A stretch of 62,780 bases of DNA, filler included, from 13 parts of 13 records of this genome joined end to end with filler, not necessarily neighbours in it, one strand, 5' to 3'. Shown: positions 1 through 12,960, counted from the first letter of the whole stretch. Program-made: numbers and translations. The notes: generated by a model from the sequence alone, not told the origin.

Positions 1-3000
1 AGGTTCAGCAGCAGGCAGCGGCGCATGAGCGGGCCCTTGAGCAGCAGGCAGCTGCGCACAAGGACAGGCTCAATGCGCAGAGCAAGCAGCTGGAGAGCAA
101 GCAGCTGGAGAGCAAGCCGGCTGGCCGCGAGCTGGAGCAGGTCAAGCAGCAGCTGATCCGGCAGCAGGAGTGCCGGGCCATGGAGCGCGAGGCCCGGCAG
201 CTGGAGCGATCCACCCAGGAGCAGGCGATTGCGGAGCTGTCGGCCGAGCTAGAGAGCAAGTCTGACCAGACGGGCATGCTGGCGGAGATAGATCGGCTCA
301 AAGCAGAGCTGGCTCGGCTGCAACGCGAGAACAACCAGCTCCGGACCCAGCTGGACGCGCTCTCAGAGAGTGAGGCCCGGTTGGATGGGGCGATGCAGCA
401 GGTGTCCGAGCTAGAGCAGGCGCTGGAGCAGCTGCAGCACAAACCAGACAGGAGCCGCGAGCTGGAGGCCGAGCTGGAGGCGGTCCACCTCAAGCTGAGC
501 AAAATGCTGCTCTCGCCTGGGGCTGCCGAGGTGGCCCAGGTGTCGGTCCCAGTGTCTGAGCAGGAGTACTCTAGCATTCTGGCTGAGCTGCGCACTGAGA
601 TAGATCTCTTCGAACAAGCATTTGCTGCCGCAGAGAAGCAAGCCGATGCCAATGACGAATCTGAAAAGAATGCGCTGGCCGAAACGTTGCAGAATCATAA
701 AATTCAGCTCGAGACACTGCATGGCAAGCTTGAAATCATGGGGGGAACCAATCAGGCCGACAGTAAGAGTGCGCTGCTGTTACAGCGGATGGCCGTGTCT
801 ACCCGGGTGGCACGGCTGCGGCTCCAGTTTGCGACAGAGCGGCACTCCGACGCCCCGGAATGGGCGGGGCTTGTTGGGCTGCCGGAAGACTTTCCACCTG
901 GCCAGAACCCGCTCCAGATGGCTGGACTGAGCATTGCTCGAGCTCAGAAGGCGCTTGGCAAGAAGCCTCACCCCCCGCCAGCCCGGTTCGGTGCGGGCAA
1001 CAGTGCTCCACTAGGCACGCCGACAGCCTCAAGATCTTCAGCTGCTGATTTTGATTTGGACATGATGGTGAAGAGGTCGCTATCAGCACTAGAGTCGAGT
1101 GAGAATGGGGCAAACAGAGAGATGAACAGGGACTTGGTGGCCTCAGTGACCATCCTGTCCCAGCGGCTGGCGGCCTCGGAGCACGAGTTGCACCTGTGTC
1201 GCGAGCAGCAGCCCGAGCACCCGGGGCTGGTCACACCGGAGCTGATCCGAGCAGTCGGCAAGGAGCAGACCGGGGCCAGCAAGAACGCGGCTCACGAGCA
1301 CTTGGTGGCCGCAAGCAAGGCAGTAGTATCGGCCAGTGCGTGGCTGGCCCAGATGGAAGTGCTGCACCGATGGGAGCTCTCCCGGTGCAATCAGGGCATC
1401 CATGCAATTGCCACTGAGCTGTCGCACAAGCAGACTGAACTGAACGAGGCCATCCAGAGGCTCGAACAGCTGGGTTCTGAGCAGGCGGCGAGCACCGACG
1501 AGTCGGCTCGCAGGTTGCACTTTGAGGACAACCAGCCGGTGCAGCAGGAGCTCGAGGAGACAAAGCGACTGCTGGTGTTGGAGAGGGCCAAGTCGAGCAT
1601 GTTGGCAGGCGCGTCGCCCGAGTGCGAGATTCTGCGTATTCTGCCTCTGATGGCCCTGACTGACGCGGTCGAGTTGGGCGACCAGCACCAGCTTGTCCGG
1701 GCGGTGGCCAAGCAGCGGGTGCAGGCCGCCCAGCTGGCCGTGTTCGACGGGCTGCCGGAGCCCGCTCTGCTTGACCGGCTCAGTCTGCAGGCGGTCGAGG
1801 ACTTGATAGAATTCTGCGAGGAGAAGCTCGTGCTGATTCAAGCGGGTGGACCAGCCGGCTCTGAGCATGGCATCCGCCAACCCGACCTGAAGACCGGGCT
1901 GGCCAAAGTGAAGGCGTACTTGTTTGAGCGTGCAAACGATGCCGGGCTAGTCAAGTCCATAGCCGATGCAGCCACAGATACGCAGCGCTGCTCAGCCGGG
2001 GACATTGGGTTGGTGGCGCGGGCCGAGCTGAGACAGGCCTGGATAGAATTGTGTGGCCAGAAGGCCTGCCACGAGGCAGAACTGGAGGCAGCGGTAACAT
2101 TAGTGCCTGAGGAGGTGTCCAAGCGGCTGTTGGAGCAATTGGTGCCTGTGGGGCAAGAGCGGGTCTTTCAGGAGGAGTTGGACAAGTTTAATGCCCTGTG
2201 TGGGCACAACACGCAGTCTCAGCTGGCAGATCTAGCGGATGGCAAAAGTCTGTCTCGGCAAGAATTTGGGCAACTGCTGCTCAATTTCGCAATCAGCCAG
2301 CCACGCAAGTGTGGCTTGATTGTGCACAAGCTGCAGATCAGTCCCAGTGCTAGCGTCGGACCGATTTCACCGGTGAGCAGCCCGCGAGTTGAGGCCCGGC
2401 AGCATCTGTCTTGGCTGCGCGAGGACATGCTCCGATGGCACGAGCTGCTTGGAGACACCCTAGCGCTCAGAGAGCTGGTCACTGGTCTAGCTGACAATCC
2501 GAGTGCCGCAGCGCTGTTCGAAGAGTATGACGACAAGGATAAGCAGTTAGTAGACAAGGACAAGCAGTTAGTAAAGCTGAGGCTAGAAGCTGAGGCTGCT
2601 AGCAAAGCTGTTCTGGATGCAACGCTCAAGGCTGACGAGTCACAGCAGAAATATAACCAGGTTCAGCAAGAGTTTAACCAGGTGCACCATGCCCTGCGCA
2701 AAGTGATGAATTTTGCGGCAGCTTCAGGCGGACCAAGCGCTGCAACAGCCAGCAGCAGATGCGCTGCAGCAGGCGGCTGGCTGGTTTAATGGCTTTACTA
2801 ACTGAAGGCTCTGCAGGCACTAGAGGAGAGTAGGACTGAGAATAAAGCGTTGCGAGAGATGCTCAAGCAAGCCTGCAAAAGCCAGTCCCCGCAGCGCAGT
2901 CGCGCCTCGGTGCGACTGACAGCGCAGCCGACGGCCAACTGACTGGTTGTAATGCAGCTTGCGAGCAGCCCAAGGTTGATGTCGACTCCAACAATATCGC

Positions 3001-3215
3001 ATGCCGACTGGCCTGCTGATAAGCGCGAAAAGGTGGACATCCTGTACGCTGATTGGTTCGAGATGCGACTCGCGGTCAAGACTCAAATGGAGCAGCTGTC
3101 AAGTGTGATCAACCCAGCGATGGGCAGGATATTGTCTGAGAGCACACAAGATCCCGCAAATATTCCACAAATATATAGTTATGATGCCGTCGAGGCGGCA
3201 ACAGGAAGCCCTCCC
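1..3215 (+). CDS. Large coiled-coil protein, partial at both ends, with short introns near the 3' end
   Basis: Frame is open from the contig start through ORF 180-2789, with E/Q/L/A-rich heptads. It continues through a GTGCAC..GGCAG intron, a GC-AG intron (2773-2816) and a GTGCGA..ATGCAG intron into ORF 2952 and runs into the linker without a stop. In-frame 21-nt duplication encodes DKDKQLV twice. Confidence 0.7.
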
Positions 3216-3315
3216 NNNNNNNNNNNNNNNNNNNNNNNNNNNNNNNNNNNNNNNNNNNNTTAATTAATTAANNNNNNNNNNNNNNNNNNNNNNNNNNNNN
3301 NNNNNNNNNNNNNNN
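3216..3315. other. Artificial contig linker N44-TTAATTAATTAA-N44 (also at 9998-10097, 15088-15187, 22028-22127, 25721-25820, 30555-30654, 33900-33999, 39021-39120, 44482-44581, 48138-48237, 53235-53334, 57855-57954)
   Basis: The identical 100-nt spacer, carrying stops in all six frames, occurs 12 times and truncates genes. Confidence 0.98.
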
Positions 3316-3609
3316 GTCCTTTCCTGTTTATCCAATACTACGACGTCGTATAATTATCTACAGTACAACTGAATAGACCGGGCCAATAAACGCTCGGCTA
3401 TGCCGAGGGTATCCCGAGGGTCCCTCATCTCCGGTGGGATCATGAATGTACATGTACTCGTACAAGTACAACAGTACATGAAACAATACGAATTATACGA
3501 TACATGTATATGCATGTACTGCGTATACGCACTCCAGCTGCAGCTCTGTATGTCTGATCTTGAGCAGACGCCAACGGACTGAAACGGTCAGTGCGGGTCC
3601 GGCACTTTT

Positions 3610-5816
3610 ATGGGAGCCAGTGTGCCAAGCTCGACGACCGGGATGTGCGCCCGTCGGACCCGGCGCCAGCCAGTCAGCCTCGCGCTGCGCCCACGCCCGA
3701 GCCGAGCTCTGTGCTCCGTGCGCTGCTCCAGTCGCTGCAAGTGTCGGACCTCCTCAGGCCGACCACCATGCTCACCCTCAGCACCGACGACTGCCCGATC
3801 CAGGCCTTCAGCAGCCTGATCGAGCGCGGGGTGCCCGCCTCACTCGGCCCGGCTGACCTCCGGGCAGCTCCACTCAGCCCCCGTGTGGGACGCCGCCGAG
3901 GAGCAGTGGGTAGGATACCTCGACGTGCAGGTGACCAGTCCCCCCCGGCCACCCCGAGCCGCTGGTAGGACCTGACTGAGTACCTGGTCCGGCTTTACGC
4001 GGCCAGCGAGCGCAAGCCGGCCCGGCCGATCCTTTTTGATGTGGTACAGCTCAGCTTGCCGGACCTGGTTCAGTCGTTCGGGGATGGCTCGGTCGCCGGC
4101 CGGCCTGGCTCGGCCGCTGAGGCCGGGCAGATGTCGCCGTTGAGAGAGGACTTGGCCGGGCGGAGCCCGAGGAGCAAGCTGCAACTGTGCGGCCTGTCGC
4201 GCTCTGCAGGCACTCACAGATTGGCGGCAGCGGCGCGCGCGCAGTCGCGACGGCCTGTCGTCGGAAAAAGCTCGCAGAGGCGGCGATCGGTGCGATGCAG
4301 GACAAGCTGCTGGCCAAGGAGCTCCAGCCCAGCCACCGCGCCATGCGGGTGCTCAGTCTGCGCAGGGCGGTTGAAACCGTTACCAGTCAGGCCGAACTGC
4401 TCCAGGTTTGTCTGGCTGTGCATTCGCTCGGCCGAGCCGATCCCAGGTGGCACATCTGCTCGCGGACGGGTGTAGGCGGGTGGCAGTGGTGGACGAGGCT
4501 GGAGCCCCCGTGAGCATGCTCTCGCGCTCCCGACTGGTCTCGTTTATCAATATTGAGCGAGAGTTATGGCAGTCTGAGCGGCCAGCGGGAGATGACGAGA
4601 GCGGAGATATGTTCAAAGGGACTGTGGCACAGTGGAATCTGGCCAGCAAGCAAGTGCACTCAGTCTCGGCCGAGTGCTCGCTCATACGGGCGCTCGGCCG
4701 GATGGTCCAGTTACAGGTGCCCGCCTCAGCCCATGCCTCTGACTGGGCCTCAGGTACACTCCCTCGCAATCGTCGATGACTCCGGCCGGTTGATGGCCGC
4801 GCTCGGCACTCGCGTGATCCGTCAGCTGCTCCGGGAGCAGTTGGACTGGGCGGCGGCAGAGCGGCCGCTCTCCGATCTGCTGGCCACTGACCAGTCACTC
4901 CAGCTGCCTGGGGCAGTGGTGGCGCCAGACGACCCGGTCTCACGCGTATTCCAGGCGCGAGCAGGGCGCATGGCCAGTGAGCCCGGGGCAGGTAATGGAC
5001 CGGCACAAGGTGCACCGGGTGTATGTAACCGACCAGCTGGGCAAGCCGGTCGGAGTCATCTCGATCCGCGACCTGCTCAAGGCCCTTCTGGCTGGGCCCG
5101 CCACGCCAGTGGGCCAGGCGGAGCCGCTCTTGTCGGCGCTTTCGCCCACGGCCGAGCGCCGGCTGACGGAACATTTCTTCCTGCCGGAGCAAGTGGGCGG
5201 GCTAGGCGCGCTGCTCCAGATACCGCACGCGCGCAAGCTCTGGCTGCACCTACCGCGAAACATGCGGCACAGAGACTGGCGGCGGCTGTACTCGCTCGAG
5301 GAGGATGGAGCCTCGCTGCGCACAGTGTACCGGCGGTGCGAGGGCACGAACGAGCCGTGCCTGCTGCTGCTGCAGGATACGGAAGGGCTCGTGTTTGGCT
5401 GCTTCAGCAGCGAGCCGTGGCGGGTGGACAGAGACATGTACGGGAACGGGCAGAGCTTTGTGTTTAGGTTCTCTGGCCATCTGGAAGAGGACTGGTCTGA
5501 GCAGCTTGAGGTGTTCCGATGGGAGCAGGAGCGGCTGTGCGACATGTTTCAGTTCGGCATGCCCGACTATCTTGCCATAGGAGACGGCCCAGCGATTCAA
5601 GTGGACAGCACGCTGCTGCACGGCCAGAGTCAGCCCAGCCTCACATTTGGGACCGACAGCCCGCTCACCAGTAAGGAGAACTTCAGGTTGGCGAACGTGG
5701 AGCTCTGGGGGCTGGGCTGGCGCCCGCTGAGGACGCTTAAAGCTGCTGCCCAAGCGACCCAAGCAGCAAATTTGGCTGCCAAGTTTATCAAGGACAGTGC
5801 ATCGGCGGTCGAGTGA
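3610..5816 (+). CDS. CBS-domain (AMPK-gamma-like) plus C-terminal TLDc domain protein, multi-intron, start uncertain
   Basis: Spliced peptides AFSSLIERG|LHSAPVWDAAEEQWVGYLDVQ|DLTEYL, RRVAVVDEAG, VHSLAIVDDSGRL and KVHRVYVTDQLGKPVGVISIRDLL match CBS repeats. WRRLYSLEEDGASLRTVYRRC..VFGCFSSEPW..YGNGQSFVFRF..SLTFG..NVELWG matches TLDc. Confidence 0.85.
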
Positions 5817-6030
5817 CTCAAGTCTGGGACGCCTTTGATGCACCTGCGCACTCACCGCCACAGTCGAGTCCCAAAGTCTGGCAGTTTGGCACCTTCGGTT
5901 TTGTTACGGTCGTTTGAGGCGGCCGACGTATTAATAACATCGCATCCACGAACGGATGATTAAGTAATTACTTTCATTACAAGTACGAGTATAATTTTAA
6001 GCATCTTACGTTTAGGGGTTCTATCCTGAA

Positions 6031-6046
6031 CTACTCGTACGAGTAG
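6031..6046. promoter_or_regulatory. Perfect 16-bp palindrome CTACTCGTACGAGTAG, an instance of the recurrent intergenic TACTCGTAC element
   Basis: Self-complementary. The same core recurs at 3454, 5983, 11506, 13566, 18610, 21131 and 38449. Regulatory role is inferred. Confidence 0.5.
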
Positions 6047-6218
6047 CTCTAGAGCTCTTCCGGAGCCTTCAGCCCTTCTCCTCCATGTTTGTCCGTTGAG
6101 CTCTCCTCCAACCAATGGTGTTCACTGGGGCTGAGGGCAGAGGCGAGTCGGCCAGGCCGGGGGCTGGGGCTGATGAGGTTGGGGGCAGACGGTCGCTTGC
6201 CGTAACGATGAGCGGACG

Positions 6219-9200
6219 ATGAGCGTCTTTGGAAAGTCGGACGTGGGGGTCGAGATGACCCCCTTGGACGAACTGGAGGAACCGCACGACGACATGAACG
6301 GGGGCGCGCCCATCATGGGCTCCATGGCCGCCGAGGTGCCCCGTCTGGGCCCCGGGCGCCGGCCGACTGGGCGGTGCAGCTAGCCGAGATAAACCCGATA
6401 TACCTAGACCAAGAGCCACCCACGGTCAAGGCGCCGCCCCCCGCGCCTTGCCTGGACGAGCCCCCGGGGCAGCCAAGCTCTCCAGCCAAGCCGAGCGCTC
6501 CTGCCAAGGAAGCGGTGGGCCGGCCGCTCGCCCGGGCTGACCTCTGAGTGGTTGACAGGAGAAACCGAAAGCCAACGTGTACGATGAGGTGGAGGAGGCC
6601 AACGAGATGCGCCAGCTCACTCGGAAGGTGCGGGCAGTCCAGTCGGCTGCGAGCCGTGGCTAGGTTGAAGACTCGTTGCTGCTGCTCGAGGCGATCCACC
6701 GGACGCCGATAGACGCGTACAAGAAAGAGGCGCGCGGCCGCCAGCCGCCGATGTGACGGTGTGCAGGCCGCGCTTCACAAGGGCAAGCTGGCAAAGGCGA
6801 GGAACAAAGCTATCAAGATCGGGGAGCAGATCTGCTCTTTGCGGGAGAAAGGGTACTACATCGTGCGCGAGCGGCAGGTGGCACTCTCGACGGGCGGCGG
6901 CTGAGCACTGTGCTAGATGCGGCTGGAGCAGCAGGCTCGACTGAAGCAGCAGCTGCGCTGCTCAATGGAGATGGTGCAGCAAGAGCAAGAGCTGCAGGCA
7001 GCCCAGCGCCAGCCTTGGCCCTGACTCTGGGGGGCAGGAGGTGATGCTTGCCCGACTGGACTCTGAGACGCGCGAGCTCGAGTCAGTCGAAGCTTACTTG
7101 GAGCACCAGCAGAACATCAAGGCTGCACAACTCGAGATCAAAAGGCTGCAGGCGGCCAACCGGGATGCGGGCAATGTCCGCTCCGGGTTCGGTGGTGGAA
7201 AGAGGCGCAAGAAGAAGTCGGGTCGTAACCTCAAGCTGATGCGGGCCGTGGTGTTGCCAGTGGAGTTCATGGACGACAATCAGAGATTTCGTGTCCCTTG
7301 GTCCTACACTTTCGGAGAGCTGTTGGTGGATTGCGCGCAGCTCTGGTCTCAGCCGATCGAGAACATGGTGCTCGAAGACGGGTTTGACAATGTGTGGCTC
7401 TCCGAGTCTTGCGTCACCTCTGAAGTGCAGCCCAAGAGCGGTGGGCACGACGATATGGACGAGACCCCAAGAATTGTGATGGTTGACAAAACGGAAAAGC
7501 TCTCGGCGTTTGAGACTGAGACTGCGGAGGAGAAGGCGGCTAAGATGGCTGCAAAGATGGTCTCCAAAGTGGCTGTTGGTCCCGAACTGGAGGACCGGGA
7601 TGCCAGAAGTTTCAGGATTCGAGGTGACATTGCTTCCAACATTGGATCGTTTCTTCTCTTCTGCGGGGTCTTCGTTGCGTGCATCATGCTCAAATGGAAT
7701 GTATTCAACGCGTGGACCATGCAAGATGCAATCGTGGGTTACTTCGCAACCGAGAGCTACCCTGAGGAGGCCAAGCCAAATGTGGCGTTTTCGCTGATGG
7801 ACGTGGCCAACTCGGAGGAAATGTATCAGTGGATGAACCACATTCTGGCGCCAGGTGGGCTTAGGCTTAAGGGTGCCATAGACTAGCTTTGTGCGGTGTA
7901 GGGCTGTTTGATGCAGACAACGGGATGGTGTTGCTGTATGACAGACCAGTCGGTGGAGTTCAGGCAGCCCAAAGCCGCACAGGAGCTGAGCAGCTGAGCC
8001 TGGGGACAGATTCGTACAATGCGTGTTCGCTCTGACAGCTGCGACATCCCCAGTGACTACAACTCAGGTCAGTCTGCAGCTTGGGGATTATCAGTGACCA
8101 ATTTGGGCAGGGCTGGACTACCCTGGCTGCTATGGTGACTACAAAAAGGACAACAGAGAGAAATCGCCATTCGGGATAGTCAGATTTCGGCCTGATGGCG
8201 AGCAGTACCGCTGGTACTGGCACACTGGAGCCGAGGAGGCCATTCCCTACACAAGCCCGCACACAGCTATCGAGTACGACACCTCTGGGTATTGGACAAA
8301 TCTGCCGCTTGACCAGGATGTGTTCACACAAGGCATAGCTGAGCTGGAGGCCAATGGGTTCACGGACAAGCAGACTCGGGCAGTTATGGTCACATGGGTG
8401 CTCTTCAACGTCAACTTCAACATGTTCAATTATGCACGAGTCCTGTTCGAGTTCACCCCAGGTGGAGTTGTCCTGCCGTCCATGCAGACACACACATTTC
8501 GGATGGACACATATGGCGAGGCCGAGTGGCAGTGGCGCTTCTGCATGGATATGCTCTTTGTGTACTGCACATTCTACTGGTTCAAAAAGATTCGTCATAG
8601 GGTCATTGATGCTTATCTCGACACAGCATCTTACCTCAACTTCTTTTTCAACTTCTGGAACTTCATGGATGTGGCCATTGTTGCTCTCTGTGTCACCTAC
8701 ATTTCTCTCGAGCTGTATCAAGCATGCAATAAAGCCCGACAAGATTTTGACATAGCCGTCGATCATTACGTGGAGCTTGGTACCTTTGCAGAATATTTTG
8801 AGCTCTCCATTCAAATGAACGCGTTTGCAGCCCTCCTGATTATACTACGGCTTTTCGAATTCCTCAACATATCAGAGCGGATTGCCCTGCTTTCTCGAAC
8901 AATCATGCTCTCAGTGCCGGACGTGGTGTCATTTATGGTCATGTTTTCAATCATATTTACTGCGTTTGCCATGATGGCACACACCCTCTTTGGGTAAGCT
9001 GCCCGGCCTGGTTGTTTCACTGTTGACTGATTATGGCTGCACAGCTGTGCGGAGGAGGGCTACAGCCAGTTTACAAAGTGCATCATCACGCTGCTGCTCA
9101 TGCTGTTGGGTGAATTCGACTATGAGGTGCGGCAACTGCCCCTATGCCCAAACCACCCTATTGACAGGCACTTCGGGCTGCGTCGGTGAATTTTGCACCT

Positions 9201-9548
9201 ATATTCTTCCTGCTCTACAATATTGTGGTCGTGTTTGTGCTGCTCAACGTGTTCATTGGTATCATTGGCGAGGCATATGGTGCTGCCAAGGAGCCCTTCT
9301 CTGGTACGATGAAGGATGATATTGGCATATTGTGCAAGGGACTTGGCGTGTCAGTACAGAGCATCTTTTGTGAGCCTGATCCTGATGGCGGGCAAGAGGA
9401 GGAAGAAGCTGCAGCTGAGGATGCAGCGCCTGCAGAAGGTGAAGAAGGTAAGACCGAGGGCGCGCCGGGTGAGGACTTGGACAAGAATCCTTTGCTTGCC
9501 AACAAGGACCAACAACAACAACCTGGCGTTCAACCTACGAGCAAATAG
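6219..9548 (+). CDS. PKD2: Polycystin-2 (PKD2/TRPP)-like cation channel with N-terminal coiled coil, about 11 short introns
   Basis: TM1 (FLLFCGVFVACIML), TOP domain (DVANSEEMYQWM, GGVQ|IRTMRVRSDSC, GFTDKQTRAV, LFNVNFNMF), NFWNFMD, LRLFEFL, pore LMLLGEFDYE and S6 VLLNVFIGII. Confidence 0.88.
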
Positions 9549-10097
9549 AGACAAATGCTATCACTTGCACACACCCACATCTAATCATACGGAGCATTAA
9601 CTATTAATAGTCAGCACGGGTCAACCGGTCACTTGTTTTCAAAATACACCATGTACATACGTAATTTAATACGTATGCAATGCACGTGTGAAGAGTGCAG
9701 GCAGTACAGGAGCGACTTGAGTCACGGCGCCATTGGTGAGGTAATGGCGAGACGTAGAGCACTTGAACGGGACAGAGAATACTATGGCATTGAAGAATTC
9801 CGCCTGGACCCGGAAGCAGGAAGCGATGAGCCACACCGTGACGACCCGGCACCCCCAAACACGATGACAGTGCGGCATTTCAGTCGCCATGGCCGTGGCA
9901 GTTTGGAGACCACCAGTGAAGTGGCTCCCTTCTCGGATCATTACAACTCGCAGTGCCTGATTCGACTGGTGGACCACAACCTACTCATGGTGGTTTTNNN
10001 NNNNNNNNNNNNNNNNNNNNNNNNNNNNNNNNNNNNNNNNNTTAATTAATTAANNNNNNNNNNNNNNNNNNNNNNNNNNNNNNNNNNNNNNNNNNNN

Positions 10098-11216
10098 GGG
10101 GCCAAGGTGATGAAGAAGCTGTCCAAGAACGTGACGCACATGGTGGTGCCCAACGGCTCGTTCACTGGCTCGCAAACTGTGGGCGGACTGATCGTGGTGG
10201 ACGAGTCGTGGCTCAGGAATGTGGTTCCGGCCGGGACTCACACCCCGTTGGACGGGCTGGAAGTAGAGGGGGAGGGCTCGGACAAAGCCCGCCGGATTCC
10301 TGTGTGGAACCGAACCACCAAACGGAAGGTCCGGCGGGCGCCGATGGAGAAGAATCTGCAAAAATACCTCCAGAACCACCCGGACTGCGAGCTGTACACC
10401 GGCCAGGACCGGTTCCTCACTAGCGAGGAGGTGCGCGCTAGCCTGGGCCCGGGGCGAGGGCGGACAGAAACAATGCCTGATCCAAGAGCAGAACCGGATC
10501 CTGATATGGAACAAGCAGGAGCAACGGAAAATCTCGGGAAACGCCGGTGCGGCCGATCGGCAGCGGCTGGGCTGATAGGGCACAGTTCCGTACGAGAAGA
10601 ATCTGGCTGATTACCTTCGGAAGCGGCCGCACTGTGAGGTGTATGCCGGACAGGACAAGCCGCCGGGTGACCGCCGGGTCGAGTGGCGGTCGAGCGTGTG
10701 ACAGGCACCGGGACGCAGTCGAAGCAAGCGCCTTCGTCCCAAGAGGACGGCTGCACGTGCAAGGACGACCCGCTGACGTGCCAAGCCGAGTGGGTCGCGT
10801 CGACGACGTGCGCACACCCGAAGTGCCTGGGAGTGACAGATCCGGGCGTGGTGAAGAAGAGGGTCCACGCGATCGGCTGCATGAAAGGCCATCGTGCGGC
10901 CGGGACGACGCACGGCGAATTCAACACACTCCAGCAGAAGAACAAGGACAAAGCCGAGAAGAGGAAGAAGGCGGCGACGGGAGACTCTGACGACGAGGAT
11001 GCCGTTCCTAGCCTTGTTGGCGTGGAGCCACTGGATGCTGCCGGCTCGGATCTTCTGCCACTGGAGCACGAGATTGTGGGCCTGCGGTCACAGCTGGCCG
11101 ATGCGACTGGGGTTAGGCGCGAGCTGCTGCTGCACGTGCTCAACTCTTGCGAGCAGCGCAAAGTGCGAGTGCTTGATGTCGAGAGCAGGCGTGTCTTCCG
11201 CATTGAACTCGACTAG
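10098..11216 (+). CDS. 5'-partial protein: end of a BRCT domain, two BRK-like domains and a Cys/His-rich putative zinc module; 3 introns
   Basis: GAKVMKKLSKNVTHMVV..VVDESWL is BRCT-like. RIPVWNRTTKRKVRRAPMEKNLQKYLQNHPDCELY and spliced RILIWNKQEQRKISGNA|VPYEKNLADYLRKRPHCEVY are BRK-like. CTC..C..CAHPKC..H..C..H follows. Confidence 0.65.
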
Positions 11217-11676
11217 AAAGAATGATGTCTTGATACAAGGCAATTCATGAACTCATCATGATATCGATATCGCCTCTGCGTTAAGAGGGGACATCATCAT
11301 CAATTTGACCTCGATCAAAGCTAGTCACTGCCAGTGGGCGTACACTGGTCGTCTCCACTTGCAAGGTTGTGTCATGAGCCAACAAGTACGTTTTCAGTAT
11401 TGTAAGACTCTACTATTCTCGTATAATCATGGAACCGTGCAGGTACGGGCCCGGTGCAACACGACAGACTTGCATGACCGTACAATAATCGTACAATGTC
11501 ATAATGTACTCGTACAAGAGCTCGAGTTAAGCTCGAGTAGCTAAAGAATAATTAAAGAACGTATAAAGAATGGGCCATTGATCGGCGTGACTGAAATCGG
11601 TGGACTCCGATGCATCAAAAGCTGCAACCCGAGTGATATATATCATTCTTAATTCTAATCAAACGCTATTCGGGTA

Positions 11677-12879
11677 CTATTCGGGGGGCGGCTCGGCGTC
11701 CTCAGCCTGTGCGGCGTGCGGCAGCTCGGATGTGACAATCCGTTGCCTCTTGTTGGGGTCCTGCGGCTCAGCCAGCTCGAGCAGCCGACTGGCCAGCAGC
11801 TCTACGCAGCGCACGTTAATCGAGTTGCCGATCAGCTTGTACTGCTGTCGGCGGGAGAGGCCGGGCTGGAACTCAAACTCCTCGCCAAACCCGTGCAGCC
11901 GGAGCATCTCACGCGGCGTGAACCAGCGCAGCCGCATCTGTTCCTTGGGCAGCCCCCAGGCCGGACTCACCCCATCCGCCACCGCCCGCTCCACCGCCGC
12001 CACCTCCTCCGGCTCCTCCACTGGGGCGCACCGGAGCACCGAACCGGTCCCTTTGGCGAACCTGCCCTTCTCTCAGCCACAGCGGGCGGGCCGGCACTTT
12101 GAGTAGCCGGCGGTGAAGCAGCAGCTGCGGCGGAAGCTCGGGGTGACCACATCCATCGCGTCCCCGTGTTTGGCCACCATCCCTGCCGGCACCGCCCACG
12201 CATCCCAGTCGACCGCCGGCTCCAAGAACTCGGAGAGGGCTCGGTCGGCGCAGCTGCGCGACTGTTGCTCGTCGGCCAGCTCGCGGCAGCCGGGCAGCGC
12301 CCCGAGGGTCGGCCTGAGCCCGGGCTGGCCTCCGATCCATGCGATCAGGTAGAAGCTGCCCCCGGGGTGAGCCGGCGACCGCCTGGACTGTCACCGGAGT
12401 CTGGAGTTGGGCAGGTCCAGTTGCACCGGGGAGAGCCGCACCGGCTGGACCGCATACCCCCGCCCGACCAGCGCGGCACACAGCGCGGCGCAGCCCTGGG
12501 AGCCCTCGAAGGCGGCGACGTTCTCGAGGAGCAGCATCCGGGGCGGGCCGGCCATCTCGGCCAGCACTCCGGTCAGATGGGCCAGCGCGGCCGCCCGGGG
12601 GTCCTGCTGGTCGCGCTGGGCGCCCTGCACCGTGTACGGCTGGCAGGGCGGGCTGAGCAGCCATAGCTCGGCCGCCCAGGCCTCGAACTGGGCTTTCGTT
12701 ATCTTGCAGATGTTGTGCTGGAGCGGTTTGTGCCCGTAGTTGCGCCGGTAGCAGCCCACGGCGTCCGGGGCGATGTCCACCGCCGCCACCACCCGGAACT
12801 TCCGACCGGTCCCCGCCAGCCCCGCCCGGAGCCCCCCGATCCCGCAGAAGAGCTCCAGCACAGCCAGCTGCTCATCCAT
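11677..12879 (-). CDS. DNMT2: DNMT2/TRDMT1 tRNA (cytosine-5) methyltransferase, 2 introns
   Basis: Motifs LELFCGIGG, SPPCQPY, LLENV, PNSRLR|FYLIA, DNMT2-specific CCFTAGYSK|FAKGTGS, LRWFTPRE and YKLIGNSINV. Confidence 0.93.
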
Positions 12880-12960
12880 GGTCGTGCTGGAGGCTCGGCC
12901 TGGGTGGTCGCGTTGCCGTTGGGCTGCCGTTGCCAGACCAGCCCAGTAGCTGAGAGGACC

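Noticed and set aside
3216-3315. Repeated TTAATTAATTAA palindrome flanked by Ns, considered as a biological repeat or CRISPR-like array
   Set aside because: It is an identical 100-nt six-frame-stop linker at every contig join, so it is artificial. No gene clustering was inferred across linkers.
9633-9997. Short ORFs on both strands before the linker
   Set aside because: No recognisable motif, and strand and frame cannot be decided.
11677-12879. C5 methyltransferase considered as a restriction-modification or defence system
   Set aside because: The CFT motif and spliceosomal introns identify eukaryotic DNMT2, and there is no adjacent nuclease.
12715-12960. N-terminal extension of the EF-hand ORF
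   Set aside because: It overlaps DNMT2 antisense. The plausible start is the ATG at 12961.
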